DNA of 64,000 bases from a virus. Positions 9,291 to 18,596 of this stretch are shown here, piece by piece. The stretch lies in the IMG/VR virus record IMGVR_UViG_3300025634_000001, positions 41,738 to 105,737 of that record, one strand, 5' to 3'. A program made the translations under genes and the position numbers. The notes below the pieces were generated by a model. The model saw only the letters and a program-made list of their open reading frames with translations, did no database searches and was not told the DNA's origin. Positions within the stretch are counted from its first letter, which is position 1, and each line of letters opens with the position of its first letter.

Positions 9291-9899
9291 ATGCCGCTCG
9301 CCCGCACCTTCGACCCCGCCACCGGCAAGGTCATCACCACCCTGCACGACGCGTACCTGGACAGGCTGTCCCGGTGGAGCGACATCCAGGAATACCTCCC
9401 GTTCCTGCACGAGCAGGCCCGGTCCCGCAAGGGCGTGCGGGTGCTGGAGCTGGGCAGCAGGCGGGCGAACTCCACCCTGACGTTCCTCGCGGGGGCAACC
9501 GAGTCCGGCGGGCACGTCTGGTCGGCGGACATCGACAACATACTGACCCACGCCGGCGGGATCGGCCCGTGGGCGGACTGCCCCCGGTGGACGTTCATCT
9601 GCGGCGACGACATGAACCCCGCCCTGCAAGCGCTCCTCCCGCCTGAGGTTGACGTGTTCTTCCTCGACACCAGCCACGAGTACGAGCACACCCTCGCCGA
9701 GCTCCGCGCCTACATGCCCCGCGTGGCGGCGGGCGGGATCGCCCTGTTCCACGACACGAACCTCATCGGCTGGCCCGGCTACCAGTGGGACCGGGACATC
9801 CCCCCGGTACGCGCGGCGCTGGACGACTACTGCGCGGAAACCGGGATCACCTGGGAGAACATGCCGGGTGATTACGGGCTCGGGGTCATCCGGCCGTGA
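9291..9899 (+). CDS. class I SAM-dependent methyltransferase (Methyltransf_24-like)
   Basis: VLELGSR..ST, FFLDTSHEYEHTLAEL, GGIALFHDT. Confidence 0.85.
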   Translation: MPLARTFDPATGKVITTLHDAYLDRLSRWSDIQEYLPFLHEQARSRKGVRVLELGSRRANSTLTFLAGATESGGHVWSADIDNILTHAGGIGPWADCPRWTFICGDDMNPALQALLPPEVDVFFLDTSHEYEHTLAELRAYMPRVAAGGIALFHDTNLIGWPGYQWDRDIPPVRAALDDYCAETGITWENMPGDYGLGVIRP

Positions 9900-10045
9900 C
9901 CGTGAACCCGCGGCTGCTGGACCTGCTGGACCGGGACGAACTCGACTGGGATGACCCGAGGCACCGCGAGGCGTACCTGCGCGCATGGGTGAACCGCGAC
10001 CTGCCCGTGAAGGCGGAGGGGAGAGAACCTGATGACCAGCGGTGA
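9896..10045 (+). CDS. small hypothetical protein (49 aa)
   Basis: GTGA overlap with the upstream stop; fills the gap to GT2. Confidence 0.45.
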   Translation: MTVNPRLLDLLDRDELDWDDPRHREAYLRAWVNRDLPVKAEGREPDDQR

Positions 10046-10739
10046 CCTGCTCGTGATCGTCCCCTCTCGCGGACGGCCTGGAAATATCGCCAGGCTCCTC
10101 GACTCCGTTCACGCCACCGCCAGGGCGCAGACGCACCTGCACGTCGCCGTGGACGACGACGACGAGAAACTGCCCCAGTACCGGACGGTCATGGACCATG
10201 CGGGCCGGGACGGCGACACCCTGGAGACCGGGCCGCGTAAGGGCCTGTGCGCATGGACGAACGAGGTAGCCGTCCGCCGTGCGGGCGAGTACCCGTTCCT
10301 CGCCAGCTTCGGTGATGACATGGTGCCCCGCACCCCCGGCTGGGACGCGGCCCTCCTGCGCGGGATCGCGCACATGGGCGGGACCGGGACCGTCTACCCG
10401 TGGGACGGCGCCAGGGAAGACATCCCCGAGGCCGTCGCCCTCTCCAGTGACATCGTGACCGCGCTCGGCTGGATGTGCGAGCCGACGCTGAAGCACTGGT
10501 ACCCCGACAACGTGTGGGCGGACCTGGGGCGCGGAGCGGGCTGCCTGCGGCACCTCCGCGCCGTCGCCGTCGATCACCTGAACGTGGCCGCGCAGGCTAA
10601 GCCCGACGCGACCGCCCGCGACAACGGGCGATCCCTGGACGATGACCGTGAGGCGTACTGGCAGTGGCGGGCCACCCGGATGGCCGGTGACATCGCGACG
10701 ATCGTGAAGCTCCGCGAGAAGACGCTTCAGCCTGCTTAG
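10032..10739 (+). CDS. GT2/GT-A fold glycosyltransferase
   Basis: LLVIVPSRGRP, VAVDDDD, GDD motif. Confidence 0.85.
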   Translation: MTSGDLLVIVPSRGRPGNIARLLDSVHATARAQTHLHVAVDDDDEKLPQYRTVMDHAGRDGDTLETGPRKGLCAWTNEVAVRRAGEYPFLASFGDDMVPRTPGWDAALLRGIAHMGGTGTVYPWDGAREDIPEAVALSSDIVTALGWMCEPTLKHWYPDNVWADLGRGAGCLRHLRAVAVDHLNVAAQAKPDATARDNGRSLDDDREAYWQWRATRMAGDIATIVKLREKTLQPA

Positions 10740-10866
10740 GCCAGGCGTCCGGAAAGCGCCGAGATCGAAGAGCGCGCCCATAGCCTCGCCCGGCGCCTGC
10801 TTTTCCCGCACTTCCGGCTTGCGTGCCGGGTAAAGAAAACCAACCTGACACAAGGAGAGGGTTAAA

Positions 10867-11388
10867 TTGGCGATCGGCCGCACATATAACGTCGACAGTG
10901 GTCAGACGACCGGAATTTCGATCGGCACGGGCGGAGTCGGGGGCACTGAGTATGTCCTGATGTACGGCGGGACTGCCGGCGAGTTCAACATCAGCGCCAT
11001 CCGCGTCGGCACCTACTCCGGCTCCTCGGCGTCGTACCCGTCGAACGGGACGATCACGTGGCGGATCCGCAGGGTGTCCTCCACGAACTCCGCCACCCTC
11101 GTGGGTACCGGCACCGCGTACCCGGTGAGCCAGTCCACGACCGCCGCCTCGAGCGTGTGGATCTACTCCACCGCGAACGGGTCGGGCACCGCGACGTTCG
11201 CCACTCCCGGCAACGTGCTGTGGTCCCAGACGACCCCGTGCACCGCCGGCGCGAACTGGGGTGAGTGGTTCACCCCCGGCTTCGAGCTGAACTGCACCAA
11301 CTCCACCCTCGCGATCACCTACGAGCTCGGTGCGGCGGGTACCACGTCCGCGGTGAACCTGATGCCGGAACTGGTCATCTCCGAGTAA
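10867..11388 (+). CDS. virion structural protein
   Basis: AAGGAGAGG RBS, TTG start, Ser/Thr/Gly-rich beta protein. Confidence 0.6.
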   Translation: MAIGRTYNVDSGQTTGISIGTGGVGGTEYVLMYGGTAGEFNISAIRVGTYSGSSASYPSNGTITWRIRRVSSTNSATLVGTGTAYPVSQSTTAASSVWIYSTANGSGTATFATPGNVLWSQTTPCTAGANWGEWFTPGFELNCTNSTLAITYELGAAGTTSAVNLMPELVISE

Positions 11389-11470
11389 CGATGCCGTCGC
11401 GTAACAAGTAAGGCAGGTGCCTCTGGAGGTGTGCTGTGATTGCAACGCACTTCCAGGATAGACGGCAGTC

Positions 11471-14400
11471 ATGAGCATCGGCTTCAGGGCTGCAGCTAAC
11501 GCCAGCTCCGCCGGGGCAGTCGCCAGCCAGGCCATCACGATCCCCTCGACGGTGCAAGCCGGGGATGTCCTGTTCCTGGTTTTCAACGCCTACAGCGGGG
11601 CATCCGGCTCGTCCACGCTGACCGTCACCTCCACCGGGTCGGCGTGGACGCAGCTGGGCACTACCCAGTTCGAGAGCGCGGCCAGCGCCGAGACGAACTC
11701 GGCGATTTTCTACCTCCAGGCGGGCTCCTCGGACGCCAGTGCGACAGTAACGTGTCACACGTCGGTGAGCCTGTTCGTCAACGCCACGATATCCGCGTAT
11801 TCCGGGGCGAACTCGTGGAAGTTCCTTGACGTAACGAACACCACCGGGTCGGCGACGCTGACCTCGACCATGGCAGTCTCCTCGGTCGCCCCCGCCGGGA
11901 CCGCCGACTGGATTATCTACGGGCTGTCCTGCTGTAACGGGGCCACCGGGTATTCCTCCTGCACCGCGCCCGCCGGCACGACGATGCGGGAAGCGAACTT
12001 CGGGTCGGCTTCCGGGATCGCCGCCATCGCCGACTCCAACGGAGCGGTGGCCCCCGGGAGCAGTAACGGCGGCGGGCATTTCACCCCCGATCAGACAGGC
12101 ACGTACACCACCTGGACGATCGGGCTCGCCGCAACGTACGTCCCTCCCGCGGGAACGCCGGCCAAAGCCAGGTTCCCGCTGCCCGCCCGCGGTCGCACGT
12201 ATCCCCTGAATCCCCCCCGGACCCTGCGGATCGTCAACAGCTCCGAGGGCGGCGCCTCCGGGACGACCGCTACCCGCGCCAACAGCGGGGGGCTGTCCGG
12301 GAGCGCGTTCGATGCCGTCGCGATCGCCGCCGGCGGGACGATGGCGTTCAACAGCACGCGCACCGCGCACGGCCTGCGGTCATACAAGGTCGCTGTCGGG
12401 GGGACAGCCGGCACGTCGGTGCTGGAGTGGACTACTTCACTCGGCGGGCCGCAGCCGGTCATCTACTACCGGGCGTACCTCTACTACACGGCGTTCCCGG
12501 CTGTAGCTTCTTCGCCCGTCAGTACCCGTACGGGCGCGTCGGTGAGCTCGGCTTCCATCTCGGTCAGCAGCACCGGCAAGATCAACATCCGCGACGCCGC
12601 CTTCACGACCCGCGCCATCGTCGCACAGCCGATCCCGCTGAACCAGTGGTTCCGGGTCGAAGGCTATTTCGTCGGGAACGCGGTAAACGGCGCTGCCAGC
12701 GCCAGCCTGTACTACCCGATGGATTCCGTCACCGCCGCCTCGACGGCGACCGCCACCGGCATGAACAACGCCGGGCCGGCGAACGCGGTCTGGTTCGGGG
12801 AATCGAACAGCGGGACAAACGAGGGTCCCTGGTGGATCGACGACATCGGGATCTCCAACGCCGGGTACCTCGGTCCCGCCGGCCCCCCGTCCGGTGCGGT
12901 CTTCTACCCGCCAAGCCAGGCGGTCAGGGCGAGGCTCCCGCAGCAGCCGCTACTGCGCGGCCGGGTCACCTCCAGCCCCGGGTCGGTACCCCCGGTGGCC
13001 GTCAGCGGGTCCGCGAAAGCGCTCCAGCGGAATGCCGCCGACAAACTCGCGTACCTGTACGACGGGTCCCTGATATTCGGGTACTGGAGCGGCACCCAAG
13101 GGCAGGTCGGCCACGTCACCAGCCCGCTTGCCGGGCTCTCGGTCACGAACCTGATCTCCACGGCCGAAGACGGCATCTCGATCTGGGTTGACAACAGCGC
13201 CGGTACCTCCAGCGACATCTGGGTCTGCTCCTCCGACGACGACGCCTCCGGCGGCGCCGGCCCGTCCCTGCACGTCCGCCACGGCACCTACACCGGGGGC
13301 GTCTTCACCTGGGACGCCTCCACCCTGATCTCCGGCACCACCACCGCCGCCACCATCCAGTCCACGATCACGTGGAACGGCACCTACCTGATGGTGTTCT
13401 GGTGGGACGGCGCATCCGGCTCGGACCGGGTGTCGTACGCCTACACCAGCACCAAGAACGGCACGTCGGGCTGGACCGCGGCAGCGACGTTCTCCGAGTC
13501 CGCCACCTGGTCCACGATCGTGCAGGTCTGCGCCCGGCACTCGTACAAGCTCGGCGCGACCGTCGTGGTGTACGGCGGCAACAGCCAGATGCACTACGCA
13601 TGCCTGGCCGATTCCGCTGCCAGTCCCGCGACCGGGAACTGGGGCGGCCGGACGGTCTACGACCAGTTCGATGATTCCCTTGAGCTGTTCGGCGGCCCGC
13701 AGGTCGTCATCGACGAGTCTTCCGGTGCCATCCACGTGGCCAGGGCCGTCGCGAACCTGGGCGGGCCGTCCTGGGATGGCGTCATCTACTGGCATGGCAC
13801 CTACACCCCGGGGGCGTCAGGCTCGGTCAGCTTCGCCGCCCGTGTCACGGTCGCGTCCGCCGCGTCCGCCACGGGACCGGCGGATATCGCCGCCGCCGTC
13901 GACGCCACCGGCACCGTCTGGGTGCTGTGGACGGATAACGCTGCCCAGGGGAACCTGAAGTACGCGACGCTGACAGCCCCCTTCACCTCGGCGTCCGCCG
14001 CTACGACGCTGATCGCCGGCAGTGCCACGTCGAACCCGCGCTGGCCGCACGTCCCGGCGGTCTCGGCGGCCCAGGCGGGGCTCGCCACGTTCCTGCCCGT
14101 GCTGTACATGGACACCACGGGCAGCCCGTTCCCGGTCCTGCTGAACACCTCGATCGCGCTGCCCGCCACCCCCGGCCCGGTGTTCTGGCCGGCATCTCAG
14201 GCGGTCCGCGCCCGCCTCCCGCAGCCGCCCATCGGGACAGGCGCCTTCCGGGGCCGGGTCAGCTCCAACCCCGGGACCCCGGTCCGCAGCGTCCCGACGC
14301 AGGGCCCGGTCTTCACCCAGAGGCCCGCCCCGGTCAGGTACGCCCTGCCTGCATGGCAGCCCCGCGCGGGCCGGATCGGGTCGAGTTTCGGCGCCCCGGT

Positions 14401-16456
14401 CATCAACCCGGTCCACGGGCCTCCTGTCTACCCGCTGCAGGGCGAGGTAAGAGCCCAGCTTCCCCCGCTGCAGCCGCGCGCCGGCCGCAGCGCGTCCTGC
14501 CCTGGCAGTCCGCCCCGGAACCCCTCTGCGGGGCCGGTGTTCTACCCTGCGGTGCGCCCGGTACGCGCCCCGGTACCCCCGGTTTTCTCCAAGGGCCGCG
14601 TCCGCTCCGGTCCTGGCAGCGCCGCACGGAATCCGTCCGCAGGCCCCGGGGTTTACGCCCCGGCGGGCCCGGTCCGGATCAGGACCGCCCCCCCGTTCTC
14701 CAAGGGCCGCGTCACTTCCGGTCCCGGATCGCCCGCCCGTAACCCCTCAGCCGGCCCTGCCGTCTACGCGGCGCAGGGTCCCGTCCGCGCCCGGACCGTA
14801 CCCCCGTTCAGCAAGGGCCGCACCGGATCTAACCCCGGCGGCCCTGTCACCGCCCTCCCGGTGCCAGGCCCGGTGTTCCGGCAGGCGCCGGCCCCGGCAC
14901 GCATCCGGCCCGCCCTGCCGTTGCGGGGCCGGATCAGCTCGAACCCCGGCGGGCCCGTCCAGAACCCGCTGCCGCCGATCTTCGGCCCGGTGTTCCGCCC
15001 GTTCCGGTTCCCGGCCAGGGCGAGGATCATCCCGCCGCCGCGCGGCAGGGTCACCTCCAGCCCGGGGTCTCCGCCCCGGAACCCGTCCGCAGGCCCCGTC
15101 TTCGTCCAGGCGCCCCGCCCGGCCAGGGCTCCCGTCCCGCAGGTCTTCTCCAAGGGCCGGGTCAGCTCCGGTCCCGGCACCGCGCCCAGGAACCCCTCAC
15201 CGGGCCCGGTGTTCCGGCAGGCCGTCCGGCCCGCACGCGCCCCCGTCCCGCAGGTGTTCAGCAAGGGCCGCGTCGCATCTTGCGCGGGCGCGCCAGCACG
15301 GAATCCGGTCTCCGGTCCCGTCATCTACGCTCAGCATGGCCCGGCCAGGGCCAGGACCGCCCCCCCGTTCTCCAAGGGCCGGGCCGGCTCTAACGCCGGG
15401 GCTCCCGCCCGGAACCCCGGTACCGGGCATGTCTTCATCCAGGCCGTCCGCCCGGCCCAGGCCAGGCTCCCGCTGCCCGCACGGGGCAGGATCAGCTCGA
15501 ACGCGGGCGGCCCGGTCAGGAACCCGGTCCCGCCGATCTTCGGGCCCCCGTTCTATCCCGCGAGGTCCCCCGCCCGGATCAGGGTCACCCTCCCGCCGCG
15601 AGGCCGCATCGCCTCCGGATCAGGGGCACCTGCCCGGAACCCCGGTACGGGACCCGCCGTCTACGCGGCGCACGGCCCCGTCCGGGCCCGCGTCCCCCAG
15701 GTCTTCTCCAAGGGCCGGGTCCGGTCCGGCCAGGGGACTCATGTCCCGCAAGAAGCCCCGGTCTACCCGCAGCACGGGCCCGTCCGGGCACACCCGGTCC
15801 CGCCTGCTCGCGGGCGTATCGCCTCCGGTCCGGGCATCCCGGTCCCCGCGACCGTCCCTGTTCCCGCCTTCGCGCAGCACGGGCCGGTCCGGGCCAGGAT
15901 CACCCTTCCGGCTCGCGGGCGGGTCAGCATCTTCCGGGCCCCGGCAATCCAGCCGGTCCCGGCCCCGGTCTACCCGCAGCACGGGCCGGTCGCGGCCCGC
16001 CAGCCCCTGTCCCGCAGGGGCCAGGTCCGGTCCGGTGCAGGCACCCCCGTCCGGCATCCCGCGCCGGCCTACCCGCTGCGGCGGCCGGTCCAGGCACGCA
16101 TCCCGCTGCCAGCGCGCGGCAGGACCGCAGGCAACCCGGGCGCCCCCGTCCGGAACCCCGGAACAGGACCGAAGGTCTACCCGCAGCACGGGCCCGCAGG
16201 CCTCGCATGGCGGGCACCCGGCCCGTTCCGCAAGGGATCCGCGCAGGGCAGCCCAGGCAGGTTCACGGCCACGCCGGCCATGTCGCCCCCGTTCGCCGCC
16301 GGCCCCGCCCGGTGGGCGTGGGAAGCGGGAAGCGCCCGCCCGGTATGGGCCGCCGGCCCCGCCCGGTGGGCGTGGGAAGCGGGAAGCGCCCGCCCGGTAT
16401 GGGCCGGCGGCCCCGCCCGGAAGACATGGAACCCAGGCTCCGGCCGGAACCAGTGA
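11471..16456 (+). CDS. large modular virion-associated protein: three beta-rich domains plus about 19 Pro/Arg-rich repeats
   Basis: 1661-aa ORF; repeat consensus GPVF/Y....PVRAR.P...(S)K/RGR..S.PG.P.RNP. Confidence 0.7.
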   Translation: MSIGFRAAANASSAGAVASQAITIPSTVQAGDVLFLVFNAYSGASGSSTLTVTSTGSAWTQLGTTQFESAASAETNSAIFYLQAGSSDASATVTCHTSVSLFVNATISAYSGANSWKFLDVTNTTGSATLTSTMAVSSVAPAGTADWIIYGLSCCNGATGYSSCTAPAGTTMREANFGSASGIAAIADSNGAVAPGSSNGGGHFTPDQTGTYTTWTIGLAATYVPPAGTPAKARFPLPARGRTYPLNPPRTLRIVNSSEGGASGTTATRANSGGLSGSAFDAVAIAAGGTMAFNSTRTAHGLRSYKVAVGGTAGTSVLEWTTSLGGPQPVIYYRAYLYYTAFPAVASSPVSTRTGASVSSASISVSSTGKINIRDAAFTTRAIVAQPIPLNQWFRVEGYFVGNAVNGAASASLYYPMDSVTAASTATATGMNNAGPANAVWFGESNSGTNEGPWWIDDIGISNAGYLGPAGPPSGAVFYPPSQAVRARLPQQPLLRGRVTSSPGSVPPVAVSGSAKALQRNAADKLAYLYDGSLIFGYWSGTQGQVGHVTSPLAGLSVTNLISTAEDGISIWVDNSAGTSSDIWVCSSDDDASGGAGPSLHVRHGTYTGGVFTWDASTLISGTTTAATIQSTITWNGTYLMVFWWDGASGSDRVSYAYTSTKNGTSGWTAAATFSESATWSTIVQVCARHSYKLGATVVVYGGNSQMHYACLADSAASPATGNWGGRTVYDQFDDSLELFGGPQVVIDESSGAIHVARAVANLGGPSWDGVIYWHGTYTPGASGSVSFAARVTVASAASATGPADIAAAVDATGTVWVLWTDNAAQGNLKYATLTAPFTSASAATTLIAGSATSNPRWPHVPAVSAAQAGLATFLPVLYMDTTGSPFPVLLNTSIALPATPGPVFWPASQAVRARLPQPPIGTGAFRGRVSSNPGTPVRSVPTQGPVFTQRPAPVRYALPAWQPRAGRIGSSFGAPVINPVHGPPVYPLQGEVRAQLPPLQPRAGRSASCPGSPPRNPSAGPVFYPAVRPVRAPVPPVFSKGRVRSGPGSAARNPSAGPGVYAPAGPVRIRTAPPFSKGRVTSGPGSPARNPSAGPAVYAAQGPVRARTVPPFSKGRTGSNPGGPVTALPVPGPVFRQAPAPARIRPALPLRGRISSNPGGPVQNPLPPIFGPVFRPFRFPARARIIPPPRGRVTSSPGSPPRNPSAGPVFVQAPRPARAPVPQVFSKGRVSSGPGTAPRNPSPGPVFRQAVRPARAPVPQVFSKGRVASCAGAPARNPVSGPVIYAQHGPARARTAPPFSKGRAGSNAGAPARNPGTGHVFIQAVRPAQARLPLPARGRISSNAGGPVRNPVPPIFGPPFYPARSPARIRVTLPPRGRIASGSGAPARNPGTGPAVYAAHGPVRARVPQVFSKGRVRSGQGTHVPQEAPVYPQHGPVRAHPVPPARGRIASGPGIPVPATVPVPAFAQHGPVRARITLPARGRVSIFRAPAIQPVPAPVYPQHGPVAARQPLSRRGQVRSGAGTPVRHPAPAYPLRRPVQARIPLPARGRTAGNPGAPVRNPGTGPKVYPQHGPAGLAWRAPGPFRKGSAQGSPGRFTATPAMSPPFAAGPARWAWEAGSARPVWAAGPARWAWEAGSARPVWAGGPARKTWNPGSGRNQ
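16295..16402 (+). repeat. perfect 54-bp tandem duplication (AAGPARWAWEAGSARPVW x2)
   Basis: Direct inspection. Confidence 0.9.
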
Positions 16457-16467
16457 CAGGAGGCTGA

Positions 16468-16791
16468 GTGAACACGATCTCCCAGTCCGTCCTGTCCACG
16501 AACTACATCCAGGTCCCCGTCACGATCCAGTCACCGGGGGCTTATGACCCCAGCACGGATGTCGTGCAGTTCGCGTTCCCGCCGTCCACCTACCCGCCGA
16601 CCTCGCCCGGCACCTGGTACACGGGCTCATGGGCCGTCTTCCCCGGCCCGGTGTACTGGGCTCAGTGCCTCGTGGGCCCCGCTAACGGGGGAGTGTCGCT
16701 GGCCATCGGCCGGTACCAGGGGGCAGTGAAGATCACCGACAGCGATGCAGTGCCGGTCGAGTACCCGTTCCTTCTGGTCATCACCCCGTAG
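16468..16791 (+). CDS. small virion protein (BppU N-terminal/Ig-like)
   Basis: AGGAGG RBS; DP..DVVQFAF..W..GSW..AQCLVGP..G..L..G.Y...KITD pattern typical of actinophage structural genes. Confidence 0.55.
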   Translation: MNTISQSVLSTNYIQVPVTIQSPGAYDPSTDVVQFAFPPSTYPPTSPGTWYTGSWAVFPGPVYWAQCLVGPANGGVSLAIGRYQGAVKITDSDAVPVEYPFLLVITP

Positions 16792-16842
16792 GTATTCCGC
16801 ATCCCCCGTACCGCTGATGCAACGAGGGCGAGGTGATGCCCC

Positions 16843-17790
16843 TTGTCCACCCCCCTGCCTGTCGCTGGCCTCACTCCGTACGTTTCGCCAGAGCTGCTAA
16901 CCCAGGCCAGTACAGGCGTTTCCTGGAATACCGTGCCCCCCGGCGCCAATGTTTCCCCGGCTCAGCGCCTCGCGGAGCAGTCGAACATCTGCGCCCGCGC
17001 GACGGCCGAGGTCGACAAAGCCGCGAAACAGCCGCTCCGCGCCACCATCGACACCCTGCCGCTCTACGGGCCCGGTGTCCGCGTCGGCGCGCAGGGCAAC
17101 GGCCCGGCGACTCTCATCATGACCCGCTGGCCGGTGCTCGAGGTCGTCTCCGTCCAGGTGTCCCGCAACTGCCTGCCCTACGTGTGGACCACCGTCCCGT
17201 CCGACCTGGTGCAGGTCCAGTACCCGCCTGTCGGTCTCTACGGGAGCACAGCCCCCCCGGCGGCAGGCGAAGGCGGGCAGGGGATCCTCGTCTCCCAGGA
17301 GTACGTCAACTGGGCATACGGGCGCAACGGGCTCGCCATCCAGGTCGAGTACATCAACGGGTGGCCCCACTGCGGGCTGCTCGCCAGCGCCGCCCAGGGC
17401 GCGGTGTCCCTGTCCGTCGATGACTGCACCGGCTGGGCGGTCACCTCCCCGCTGACCGGCTACAGCGGGGCCACGGGAACGGTCTACGACGCCGGCTACC
17501 AGGAAGTCATCCAGGTCACCGCCTCGTCCGTAACCCAGGGGCCGGGAACGCTGACCCTCGCCACGCCGCTCCAGTCCGCCCACGCGGCCGGGGTGATGGT
17601 CTCCACCCTCCCGCAGACCGTGGTGTGGGCCGCCACCCTGTTCGGTGCCGCGCAGGCACTCACCCGCGGCGCGACGTCCACCACGGTCCGGCAGATCCCC
17701 GGCACCTCATCGTCGGGTGCGAGCCGGATGGCGGACCTGAAGAAGGAAGCCACCTGCCTGATCGAGGGCACCTTCGACCGGATCATCTGA
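16843..17790 (+). CDS. head-to-tail adaptor
   Basis: PYVSPE.L..., RAT.EVD...QPL, RWPVLEV.SV, VEYINGW; position. Confidence 0.7.
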   Translation: MSTPLPVAGLTPYVSPELLTQASTGVSWNTVPPGANVSPAQRLAEQSNICARATAEVDKAAKQPLRATIDTLPLYGPGVRVGAQGNGPATLIMTRWPVLEVVSVQVSRNCLPYVWTTVPSDLVQVQYPPVGLYGSTAPPAAGEGGQGILVSQEYVNWAYGRNGLAIQVEYINGWPHCGLLASAAQGAVSLSVDDCTGWAVTSPLTGYSGATGTVYDAGYQEVIQVTASSVTQGPGTLTLATPLQSAHAAGVMVSTLPQTVVWAATLFGAAQALTRGATSTTVRQIPGTSSSGASRMADLKKEATCLIEGTFDRII

Positions 17791-17803
17791 ACGGGGGCGG
17801 GCA

Positions 17804-18322
17804 ATGCCGATCGCCTCGGTGATGGGGTACGTGAAGGGGCTCCTCGACGGCCTCCCGATGCCCGGCTACGCGCCGCCCATGTCAGCGCAGATCAACGCGC
17901 AGGACCCCAACACCGAAACCGACATCCCCACCGCGTACATCTGGCCGACGCGAGGCCATGAGTCCCGCGACGACCAGAACTACGCCGGCACGATGTCCCG
18001 CAACACCGGACCGGGAACCTCCAGCGGCGAAAAGACCATCCTGCACTCCGTTGACATCTACATCGTGTGGATGGAAGCAGGCGACGACGAAGACGCCGAC
18101 TCGATGTTCCCCGGCATCGTAGACGCCGCCATGTCGGCCCTGCGGACCGCGTACCCGATGCCCGCGCTCGCGACCGACCCCTACACCGGGGCCGAGACGC
18201 TGATCTCGAACATCGGCGAAGTCCAGGACTACCAGATCGTCGTCAGCGCGCTCGAGGACCAGGCCTACAACCGCTGCGACTCCCTGATCACCCTGCCGGT
18301 CATCGAGGTCATCCAAGCCTGA
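17804..18322 (+). CDS. tail terminator/completion protein
   Basis: Acidic 172-aa protein with P.AYIWP, upstream of tail tube. Confidence 0.6.
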   Translation: MPIASVMGYVKGLLDGLPMPGYAPPMSAQINAQDPNTETDIPTAYIWPTRGHESRDDQNYAGTMSRNTGPGTSSGEKTILHSVDIYIVWMEAGDDEDADSMFPGIVDAAMSALRTAYPMPALATDPYTGAETLISNIGEVQDYQIVVSALEDQAYNRCDSLITLPVIEVIQA

Positions 18323-18375
18323 CCGCCCCGCCCGACACCTCCCCTTTCTTCCTCGCTGCGCTCTCTGGAGGCCCC

Positions 18376-18594
18376 ATGCCGCCCGCCTACTGGACGATGA
18401 CCGATTCCGGGGTTCGCTACTACCCCGCCACCAGGGACGCCTACGGCGTGCCCCTGGGCGACGTGAAGCCCGGCGACGTCATTGAACGCGACGAGGCCCC
18501 CGACCAGTACTGGGCGCCCTACGACGGCGAGCCGCCCCGCACCGACACCCCCGAGACCGACACGGCCGGCGAGACCGGCAGCGAGGAGAACTAG
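18376..18594 (+). CDS. small acidic hypothetical protein
   Basis: GGAGG RBS, MPPAYW.. start. Confidence 0.6.
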   Translation: MPPAYWTMTDSGVRYYPATRDAYGVPLGDVKPGDVIERDEAPDQYWAPYDGEPPRTDTPETDTAGETGSEEN

Positions 18595-18596
18595 AC

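Noticed and set aside
14170-16420. Repeats as a CRISPR array
   Set aside because: In-frame, degenerate protein-coding repeats without constant repeat/unique spacer structure
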